From an uncultured archaeon (GTDB lineage: Archaea > Asgardarchaeota > Thorarchaeia > Thorarchaeales > Thorarchaeaceae): a DNA stretch of 8,371 nt. Location: assembly GCA_964648855.1 (NCBI GenBank), contig CAZYLT010000017.1, forward strand, positions 46,602-54,972, written 5' to 3'. This document shows, in pieces, positions 1 to 7,019 of this stretch; positions within the stretch are counted from its first letter, which is position 1, and each line of letters begins with the position of its first letter. The translations under genes were made by a program, and so were the position numbers. The notes under the pieces were generated by a model, which was not told the DNA's origin, made no database searches, and worked only from the letters and a program-made list of their open reading frames with translations.

Positions 1-130
1 TAGAAACTTGCTTTTATGCCTTGTTTGGATAGCGACAAGTTTTGTTCGTCGGGAGGCCAAGGTTCAAAAACTATTCAACAATCGATTTGGCGTCTTAGCC
101 CTCCTAGGTAGCAGGTATTTTTTTGTCTGG

Positions 131-153
131 TTTATAATTCATTACAGGAGGTG
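131..153 (+). promoter_or_regulatory. Putative archaeal TATA box (TTTATAA, 131-137) and Shine-Dalgarno (GGAGGTG, 147-153)
   Basis: GGAGGTG lies 6 nt before ATG 160, so the GTG at 151 used by the ORF track is probably part of the SD. TTTATAA lies about 25 nt upstream of the ATG. Confidence 0.55.
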
Positions 154-159
154 CATGTT

Positions 160-847
160 ATGACGGAATGGGTTTCAATAGATTCTGAGTGGGCATACTA
201 CATTCATCCGGAAGGCTTTCAATTCTCGACCGCGCCGGGAAAAGCTCCGGTTGGTTCTGTTGTCCTTGAGAAAAGACAAGAAACCGACGAAAGCACTGAA
301 CAGGATTATTTAGTTACCGATTACAGCCTAGCAGAAATATCAGGGCTTCGCCCATTTTCAGGAAAAAGAGAAGCAAGCAAATACCTTGCCAAGAAAATGC
401 TTGATTATATGCAGAACACCAATCATTTTTACCGAGAACGGACATTAAGCGAGTGTTCAAGAATGGCAATGTTGAGCTAACCTATGAGGCATCCGATTAC
501 GATTTATTCACCATAAAATTGACACCCAAGATGGTGAGAGAAGATGTTGAGCTTTTTCTTGACAGTCTCGGTTCAGCAGAAAAGGCTGCCTTCATTCCTG
601 CTGAGCCATGGAAGATAGAATCTGCAATAAGTGGACGTGCGAGATGTAGAACCTGTGATAACATAATCTCCAAGGGCGCTCTCAGGGTATGAGAGCCGTC
701 ATATTTTCAAAACCACCTGACCTACAAGTGGCACCATCTTGCCTGTATTTCGGATGAGATCTTATTATCCCTCAAGACAAGCTTAAGGGGCATGAAGAGC
801 TGAGCGATTCTGAAAAGGCCATCGTAATGAGAGAGCTCGATTCATAA
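160..847 (+). pseudogene. Disrupted (or mis-sequenced) gene for a ~229-aa protein: unknown N-terminal domain plus C-terminal PARP-type zinc finger
   Basis: Frame 1 from ATG 160 reads to ...YMQNTNHF. It continues in frame 3 (LPRTDIKRVFKNGNVEL...) if one T is added to the T5 run at 426-430. Frame 3 gives WKIESAISGRARCRTCDNIISKGALRV*EPSYFQNHLTYKWHHLACI, with TGA at 690-692 and ligands C645, C654, H735, C744 (CX2CX26HX2C). After a second -1 shift near 755-770, frame 2 gives IPQDKLKGHEELSDSEKAIVMRELDS* (TAA 845-847), matching the zf-PARP C-terminal 'G-x-x-x-L-x-x-x-(D/E)' helix. Confidence 0.8.
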
Positions 848-865
848 GGTTTTTCCGGAACCTCT

Positions 866-895
866 CCGCTTTCACAGTATTTTGTAGAAAGGCGG
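866..895. terminator. Imperfect stem-loop between convergent genes (possible terminator or 3'-UTR structure)
   Basis: CCGCTTTC-ACAG-TATT-TTGT-A-GAAAGGCGG gives about 11-12 bp with two single-nt bulges, in the 64-nt gap between stops at 847 (+) and 912 (-). Confidence 0.4.
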
Positions 896-911
896 CTCAT
901 CCTGTTCTTTC

Positions 912-1877
912 TCATATTGATAATGGATCAACAAGCTTGAGAAGTGCTTCATTCAGCGGTTTCTCTTTGCTGTAGGTATCAGTGAATTCAGTTTCCGCAA
1001 CTTTGCCATCTATTTCTCCAACCAATATTCCACTTTTCCCCGCCGTCAAGCATTCTATTGCATAAGAGCCGAGTCGCGATGCCAGAATCCTGTCTTGCCT
1101 TGATGGACTGCCCCCACGCTGAATATAGCCCAGAACTGACACGCGACAATTCTCTCCTACACGACCAGATAGCTTCTTGCTTATTTCCATTGCATCTCCT
1201 TCCTCGTCACCCTCTGCAACGATAATGAATGCGAATGTCTTCCCTCGTTCTTTCCCGGCTATGATATGGTCTGCAATAGCATCCAGATCAGTTGGGGTTT
1301 CGGGAATTACAATGGCTTCTGCTCCACAGCAAATTCCAACATGCAGAGCGATTTCGCCACGATCCCTACCCATGGTTTCGATAAGGAAGAACCTGTCAAA
1401 GGACTGTGCAGTATCACGAATCTTGTCAACAGCCTCGATTGCGTTATTTACTGCTGTATCAAATCCAATACAGAAATCAGTCCCATAGACATCATTGTCG
1501 ATGGTTCCAGGGAGACCTATGATTTGCCCATCCCATAAATCACCAAGGATTTCCAACGCACGCATTGTTCCGTTACCCCCAATGGCAACAAGCGCGTCAA
1601 AGCCCTCTTCCCTCATGACACGAGCAGCCTTTTTTTGTCCTGCTTTCGTCCTATATTCCTTAGACCTTCCTGTAGTCAATATGGTCCCCCCACGATGTAC
1701 GATATTACCCACAGAACGAGCCTCCAACGGCTGAAATCTCCTATCCAAGATGCCTTGTAAGCCGCCTATGATTCCAACAACCTCCAATCCATTATAGATT
1801 CCAACTCTGACTATGGCTCGAATGCATGCATTCATTCCAGGACTATCTCCACCGCTGGTAAGGACGCCGACTTTCAT
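912..1877 (-). CDS. pfkA: ATP-dependent 6-phosphofructokinase (PfkA family), 321 aa
   Basis: Motifs VLTSGGDSPGMNA, GGTIL, IGGNGT, PGTIDND, IGFDTA, MGR, VAEG and LGYIQRGG. Gly at the positions equivalent to E. coli 104 and 124 indicates ATP rather than PPi as donor. Confidence 0.96.
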   Translation of the reverse strand: MKVGVLTSGGDSPGMNACIRAIVRVGIYNGLEVVGIIGGLQGILDRRFQPLEARSVGNIVHRGGTILTTGRSKEYRTKAGQKKAARVMREEGFDALVAIGGNGTMRALEILGDLWDGQIIGLPGTIDNDVYGTDFCIGFDTAVNNAIEAVDKIRDTAQSFDRFFLIETMGRDRGEIALHVGICCGAEAIVIPETPTDLDAIADHIIAGKERGKTFAFIIVAEGDEEGDAMEISKKLSGRVGENCRVSVLGYIQRGGSPSRQDRILASRLGSYAIECLTAGKSGILVGEIDGKVAETEFTDTYSKEKPLNEALLKLVDPLSI

Positions 1878-1942
1878 AGTATGCCTGATGGAAACGGTGA
1901 CAAATAAGGAAAGCGTATCAACGTGTATGCCTCAATTCCATT

Positions 1943-2899
1943 CTAGACAAGGTTGTTCGTCCTCAGAATAATGAGAACAGGTAGGGTAATCAGAATACTA
2001 ATTGTCATAATAAGCGGGAAGGCTAATGGGTCCTGTTCTAGGGGCAACCCAACATTCATTCCGTAAATACTTGCTATGAGCGTAGGAACAGAAACAAGAA
2101 GTGAGATTGACGTTAGTGTCTTCATAACTCGGTTCAAGTTGTGATTTACAATACTATCGTATGAACTCATCGCATTCTCAATGAGTTCGCGGTAAATGGA
2201 GCTGAGATCCATCTGCTGCTTAAGGTCTACTCCTAGCTCTTCAAGACGGTCCTCATCGAGAATCATGCGACCTACTCTCTGCAGATTTCTCATCCTTCTG
2301 AGTACTCTCATATTAGACCGGAGAGCGCTTTCCATAAAGATAGCATCTCGAGACAGCTGGAAGAAGCGATCCATACGTGAGGGATAGAGCTCTTTCATAA
2401 TGCTCGCCTCTGTATTCTTGATTGTCATCTCAATGATATCAAGGGTTGTTTCAAATGAGTGGGTTATTGCTTCCCATTCGCGATAGATGACTTCATTTGG
2501 AGTAGTTGCACGGCGTACCGCATATAGCAGACGTTTCTTTCGTAATGGAAATCTCTCATTCTGGATGATGATTATGTCCCGACCATTAGTCACCATTCCA
2601 ATAGGAGCTGTTGAATGAACTCTATCCGTTACTTCTAGGTCAAGGGGCACTCTCAGTACCACAAGAGTGAATTTATCCTCAACCTGCAAACGGGGACGTT
2701 CGTCGGGATCACTCAAATCCTGTAGGTCCTCGAGGTCAACGTCGAATCTCTTTGAGATGTCCAAGAGTAGGTCAGGCTGTATTCCTACCATTTCTATAAG
2801 AAGAGGTTCATCTGGTGCGCTTTCAAGGTCCTCGTACTCAATTCCACTCTCCAATGCCATGGTCACGCAACTGCTCATTTTCTTTTCTTCTGTACTCAT
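1943..2899 (-). CDS. corA: CorA-family Mg2+/divalent cation transporter
   Basis: DPDERPR motif, long helical stalk, NLNRVMKTLT, signature YGMN and two C-terminal TM helices. Start placed at ATG 2899 because GAGGTG (2911-2906) is 6 nt upstream; 2902 or 2908 are alternatives. Confidence 0.93.
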   Translation of the reverse strand: MSTEEKKMSSCVTMALESGIEYEDLESAPDEPLLIEMVGIQPDLLLDISKRFDVDLEDLQDLSDPDERPRLQVEDKFTLVVLRVPLDLEVTDRVHSTAPIGMVTNGRDIIIIQNERFPLRKKRLLYAVRRATTPNEVIYREWEAITHSFETTLDIIEMTIKNTEASIMKELYPSRMDRFFQLSRDAIFMESALRSNMRVLRRMRNLQRVGRMILDEDRLEELGVDLKQQMDLSSIYRELIENAMSSYDSIVNHNLNRVMKTLTSISLLVSVPTLIASIYGMNVGLPLEQDPLAFPLIMTISILITLPVLIILRTNNLV

Positions 2900-3141
2900 C
2901 ATAAGCACCTCTACCCTGTGCGTGATATATGCCGCCAGATATTTGGATGAGCATATTTCAGGTTAACCTCGCAATATATTATAGAGTATCACCCTGAGTG
3001 ATGCACACTTAAGTTGACACCTTTGTCTATTGAGTTTTCCCTTCCGCGTTGGATAGATTCATTTTGTCACGATACGTTGATAAAACATTCTAATGTTGCT
3101 GGTCCCTTCAGCTTTTCTTAGATTACAATTGGTGAATAACA

Positions 3142-4233
3142 ATGCAAATACTGGATACCTTTCTGAAGCTAGGTTTCTTCGCAGGAGGTCTTGTATTGTT
3201 AGTCAGGGGTTCCGACTATCTTATCCAGTCTGCAACAGATGTTGCCAAGGAATTCAATGTGTCAGATCTGCTAATCGGGCTCACTATAGTTTCTGTTGGA
3301 ACGTCGCTTCCAGAGGTATTAGCATCAATTGCTGCGTTGCTTTCCGGAAAGGCAGATCTCGCCTTCTCAAATATCATCGGTAGTAGTCTGTCTAATCTCA
3401 CGCTCATTGTTGGCATCAGTGCAATAGTGGCGCCTTTGGCAACCAACCACATAGTTTTGGACAGAGATACAAAGATCATGATATTCATTTTCATAGTAAC
3501 CACCCTCATGATTCTGAATCCACTCACACTTGGTTTCATCTCTATCATAGAATCGTTCATATTGCTGACAATCATGATAGCATATCTTTCCTTTTTGTAT
3601 TGGGGAAGAGACGAATGTGACAATTGTTACCAGTTCCGTATTTTCGTAGATTTCTTCATCACGATGCGTTTTCTCACTACAATCCGAGGTAAGGCAAAAC
3701 CTCCAGCAGCTAGCAAGCGCGCACAGAACCTTCAAGATGAAGTGCTAGAGGGAAAAGAAGAGAAAATCTCGGACCGTCTCCTAGCGGTCAAGAGAGAGCT
3801 TGTCATAATTGGTGTTTCTTCTATTGCGGTTGCCATCGGTGCTCAGTGGTTGGTGGATGGAGCAGAGTATATCAGCATGGCCTTCGGAATAGAAGAGAGC
3901 ATTATAGGTTTCACCATTATAGCTTTCGGAACATCACTTCCTGAACTCTCTATTTCCATCAAAAGCGCAAAGCATGGCTATGGTCGGTTGCTCATAGGAA
4001 ACATAGTGGGGAGCAACATAATGAACATTGCAATGGGCCTGGGCTTTGCCTATTTGTTTGCTAGTCCGCCAGTTGAAATTTATCCTGCAATTCTTCAATT
4101 ATCATTATTTTTTGTGGTATCATCTATATTCTACTATTTCATCAGAGAGGACTGGAGAGTGACTCGCAGGGAGGGGGCAATTCTACTTATACTATATGTT
4201 GTCGTTCAAGTCATACTATTGACCACAATTTAG
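3142..4233 (+). CDS. Calcium/sodium antiporter (CaCA superfamily, YrbG/NCX_Mj-like), 363 aa
   Basis: Two alpha-repeats: SVGTSLPE...NIIGSSLSN and AFGTSLPE...GNIVGSNIMN. About 10 hydrophobic segments in two halves joined by a hydrophilic loop. GGTGA lies 5 nt upstream of the ATG. Confidence 0.93.
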   Translation: MQILDTFLKLGFFAGGLVLLVRGSDYLIQSATDVAKEFNVSDLLIGLTIVSVGTSLPEVLASIAALLSGKADLAFSNIIGSSLSNLTLIVGISAIVAPLATNHIVLDRDTKIMIFIFIVTTLMILNPLTLGFISIIESFILLTIMIAYLSFLYWGRDECDNCYQFRIFVDFFITMRFLTTIRGKAKPPAASKRAQNLQDEVLEGKEEKISDRLLAVKRELVIIGVSSIAVAIGAQWLVDGAEYISMAFGIEESIIGFTIIAFGTSLPELSISIKSAKHGYGRLLIGNIVGSNIMNIAMGLGFAYLFASPPVEIYPAILQLSLFFVVSSIFYYFIREDWRVTRREGAILLILYVVVQVILLTTI

Positions 4234-4244
4234 ACTGCGACCAT

Positions 4245-4751
4245 CTAACATGGGCCTCCTTTTTTATCCGGGCCTTGAATGATAGAAAACACTACATCTA
4301 GGTTAGGGAGTACATCGGCTTTGTCAGCTACCCACCTATAGATGATTCTCTGATTTTTGTTTAGAAGAAAGACACTTGGGAGGGCTACATGGCGAAACCC
4401 ATCGAGTTCCTCAATAAACACTCCATACTTCTTGGCAACTTTTCTGTCAAAATCACTCAAAAGAGGAAAAGGTATCTCCTCGTGTTCAACAAACGTCTTC
4501 AAAGCCTGCATGGGATCTACACTGATAGCCAACACCTCCACACTCAACGCTCGCAAACCAATGTATGAATTAACGACATTTTGGAGCTCCATCATTGATA
4601 GCATTGTGAAGCTGACAGGGAAGAATACAATAACAACACAGGTTCCTTGCAGTTCTAACAGATGTACATCTTCACCGCTTGTTGAAGGAAGGTAGAACTC
4701 GGGTGCAATCTGTCCCTCTTGAGGAGGGGAAATATTATCGTCTTTTGGCAT
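4245..4751 (-). CDS. Peroxiredoxin-like (AhpC/TSA, AhpE/BCP-type fold) protein lacking catalytic residues, 168 aa
   Basis: G-x-x-APEFxL, VVIVFFP, VLAISVD, FPLLSDFDRKVAKKYGV and SVFLLN are typical of the family, but PxxxTxxC reads PVSFTMLS. Confidence 0.88.
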   Translation of the reverse strand: MPKDDNISPPQEGQIAPEFYLPSTSGEDVHLLELQGTCVVIVFFPVSFTMLSMMELQNVVNSYIGLRALSVEVLAISVDPMQALKTFVEHEEIPFPLLSDFDRKVAKKYGVFIEELDGFRHVALPSVFLLNKNQRIIYRWVADKADVLPNLDVVFSIIQGPDKKGGPC

Positions 4752-4804
4752 GGTGTGGCCTATCCTTTCTTCTCTTTTTTACTTTCTGAATACGCATTGT
4801 ATAT

Positions 4805-6121
4805 CTAAATAACCACACTCTCGACTTCTACATCTCGGTCCTTTATGCTAAGAGCAGTGGATGATATGGTTCTTCCACCGAAGAGCTCGGCATCATCTTT
4901 TCCTTGATAGAGAGCATTAGCGATTCGAGCCATAGCATCCGATTTCATTATTCCGCTACCACTCGCACCGTTAGCAACTAAGACTCCATTCTCATAATAG
5001 ACGAATGGAATTGCGTCTGGTGAATAACAGTAACCACCTGCCCAACTGTTTACTGGTCGCACGTTACTGAAAGCCGGGAAGTATTTCGATAGGACAGGGT
5101 ATACGCTATTTTCGAAGTACGAGCTTTCCGGAGCAAGAAAATCATCTGTCTGGATGTACTTGTAAGCTCGACCGAGTTTGTCTCCACAACCAATCCAAAA
5201 TCCTTTCTCCTGCAACTGAGGACGGAAATATACTCCTGCAGATGGGAGAATGACGAATGGGATTGAATCAAGCTCATTGAAGCCCTCACTGTAGAGCACA
5301 TCCTGCAAAGGTTTGTTATCTTCAGCATGAATGACGAACATCTGACGCTTCTTGCATTTTGTTTGGCTGTTCATTCCAATTGGGTCGAGGAGCTCGTTTG
5401 CCCATGCTCCAGTTGCTAGTACGACTGTGTCTGCATGAATTTCTGCTTCATCAGTTTCGATACCTATCACACGTTTGTTTTGCCAAACATATGGTTCACC
5501 GGGCAAATCCAAGGGCGGAACTGCCCCAAGAAGAAGGCGCTTGACGTTAAAACCAAAGCGAGGTTTAACATGAGTAATCTTCTTGAACTCTTCTAGATAG
5601 TATTCAACTAGACGCGTAGGGTCAAGAAAGCCACAATCGCCACCAAACAGACCATAATCGACTTCCTCAAGATTTAGTAATTCTGCTTCCTCATCGCCTG
5701 AGAAGTCAAAATTGATGGAGGGAATCATCTTCTTGAGCTGGTCCTTATTGTATACTTCATGATGAATTCCGGACTTTTCCATTCGCTCAATCCATTCCTT
5801 GATGCTGGGATGACTGAATTGCGACTCGCTCATAAGCCAGAGATAGCCGGCCTTCTCGAAATGCAAGTCGTACCCTTTCTCTTCTTGAATGTGTTCAATG
5901 TATTTGATTGTTGTATCAGTTAGCAACTGATTTGTGGAGCTAGCGAACATGTTACGTACCGCAGCCGCACTTAGGGCAGTATTTGCTTGTCCTGCCGCTG
6001 CATATCGATCGACAAGCAGAATCCGCTTGTTCGGATTATTCTTCTGCAGATGATACGCAGTAGCCACGCCGACGACGCCAGCACCTACAACGATGATGTC
6101 AAAGGATTCTGTTTCTGTCAT
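4805..6121 (-). CDS. FAD-dependent oxidoreductase (DAO/sarcosine oxidase family), likely homolog of archaeal homodimeric dye-linked L-proline dehydrogenase, 438 aa
   Basis: Rossmann motif VVGAGVVG, plus SAAAVRNMF, EEAELL, GFLD, GEPYVWQ, ATGAWAN, KKR, DKLGR, WAG, GASGSGIMKSD and a C-terminal ExVVI. From memory these parallel the Aeropyrum pernix enzyme. The substrate is inferred. Confidence 0.85.
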   Translation of the reverse strand: MTETESFDIIVVGAGVVGVATAYHLQKNNPNKRILLVDRYAAAGQANTALSAAAVRNMFASSTNQLLTDTTIKYIEHIQEEKGYDLHFEKAGYLWLMSESQFSHPSIKEWIERMEKSGIHHEVYNKDQLKKMIPSINFDFSGDEEAELLNLEEVDYGLFGGDCGFLDPTRLVEYYLEEFKKITHVKPRFGFNVKRLLLGAVPPLDLPGEPYVWQNKRVIGIETDEAEIHADTVVLATGAWANELLDPIGMNSQTKCKKRQMFVIHAEDNKPLQDVLYSEGFNELDSIPFVILPSAGVYFRPQLQEKGFWIGCGDKLGRAYKYIQTDDFLAPESSYFENSVYPVLSKYFPAFSNVRPVNSWAGGYCYSPDAIPFVYYENGVLVANGASGSGIMKSDAMARIANALYQGKDDAELFGGRTISSTALSIKDRDVEVESVVI

Positions 6122-6200
6122 TCAAATTGTGCCCCTATTCTGCGTCTTTCGTCTGAGCATGACATGCCTTTAATGATTTTGATAATTTCATATTGAGGGC

Positions 6201-7019
6201 TCACTGTTTCCTGACTGGGACAGTGATTTGCATCCTCTCATTGAAGATTTCCTTTAGAAATAGGCGCGAAGTCAACTCTGCCGCAATTGCCTGCCCTAGG
6301 AATATCATGACGAAGATGATAACCTGATATAGTGCAGAATAAATCGGGTCCTGTCCACCTATAATCATCCCACTCATCAATCCAGGTATGCTGACTATGC
6401 CCAACGCTGCATATCTGTTCAGCATGGGGATAATGCTTGAGCTCATGGCGTCCCGAATGGATGTTTCTGATGCCTCAAAGGGTGTCGCGCCCAACGCCAA
6501 GGCAGTTTCTAGAAGCCCTCGCTGCTTCTGCGCATCAGAGTGCATTCGCTCAATAAGCAAGCTGCAAAGACTCATGCAGTTGCCTATAACCATTCCACCC
6601 ATGGGGATGATGTATTCACCAATCGGTGGGATGATGCCCATAACGATAGTTAGAGTCATTACCAATAGTCCTCCAACAAGAATCCCCGGGAGCGCAGCCT
6701 TAGCTACTCCGTCAATCTCATCCAGATTGTTTCTAGCTGTATAAGCAGCCGAGAAACACATGAAGACCAGCATAGCGTAGATCAAAAAGATGTTCTTGAT
6801 ATTGAAAATCGTTAACAGCACCGATGCGACTACGACGATTTGAATGGTACCTCTGAGAGTTCCCATTAGGAGTTTGTCAGTTATACCAAGCCCTTGCCAT
6901 CGAGTGATAAGAATCAGAACAACAAGCAGCACCATAGCCATAGCATAGGCTTGGAGCCCTTGAATCAGCTGCTCACTTATGTTTATTGGGATTCCGAACA
7001 GGTCAAAACTAAACTGCAT
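6201..7019 (-). CDS. fetB: ABC transporter permease, FetB/YbbM (UPF0014, ALS3-like), 272 aa
   Basis: RGTIQ, YIIPMGGMVIGN, LALGAT, GIVSIPGLMSGMIIGG and ALYQ are family hallmarks. The ATG directly follows the fetA stop (TGAATG), with GGAGGAGG upstream. Confidence 0.9.
   Translation of the reverse strand: MQFSFDLFGIPINISEQLIQGLQAYAMAMVLLVVLILITRWQGLGITDKLLMGTLRGTIQIVVVASVLLTIFNIKNIFLIYAMLVFMCFSAAYTARNNLDEIDGVAKAALPGILVGGLLVMTLTIVMGIIPPIGEYIIPMGGMVIGNCMSLCSLLIERMHSDAQKQRGLLETALALGATPFEASETSIRDAMSSSIIPMLNRYAALGIVSIPGLMSGMIIGGQDPIYSALYQVIIFVMIFLGQAIAAELTSRLFLKEIFNERMQITVPVRKQ

Noticed and set aside
2-163. Stop-free frame 2 from the window start, and a weak hairpin (51-96) followed by T7 (118-124)
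   Set aside because: No recognisable protein or RNA family motif, and the frame runs across the predicted promoter. Upstream context is needed.
424-432. Programmed -1 ribosomal frameshift at CAT TTT TAC
   Set aside because: It does not fit the X XXY YYZ slippery heptamer and I saw no clear downstream stimulator. A homopolymer deletion is simpler.
690-692. TGA as reassigned Gly (genetic code 25) or as selenocysteine
   Set aside because: pfkA, fetA and fetB end in TGA at family-appropriate lengths, and none of the other genes has an internal TGA. The position is not a Cys/Zn-ligand site, I saw no plus-strand SECIS, and the gene also has two frameshifts.
1563-1583. GGNGT instead of GGDGS in PfkA as a sign of inactivation
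   Set aside because: Asn at this position occurs in active PfkA-family enzymes, and the catalytic TIDND and the MGR motif are intact.
1177-1734. Plus-strand ORFs 1177-1488, 1266-1538 and 1495-1734
   Set aside because: Antisense shadows of pfkA with no recognisable motifs.
2196-2966. Plus-strand ORFs 2196-2387 and 2667-2966
   Set aside because: Ser/Arg-rich antisense shadows of corA.
3093-3735. ORFs 3093-3383 (+), 3216-3623 (-) and 3367-3735 (-)
   Set aside because: Alternative-frame or antisense overlaps of the well-supported antiporter.
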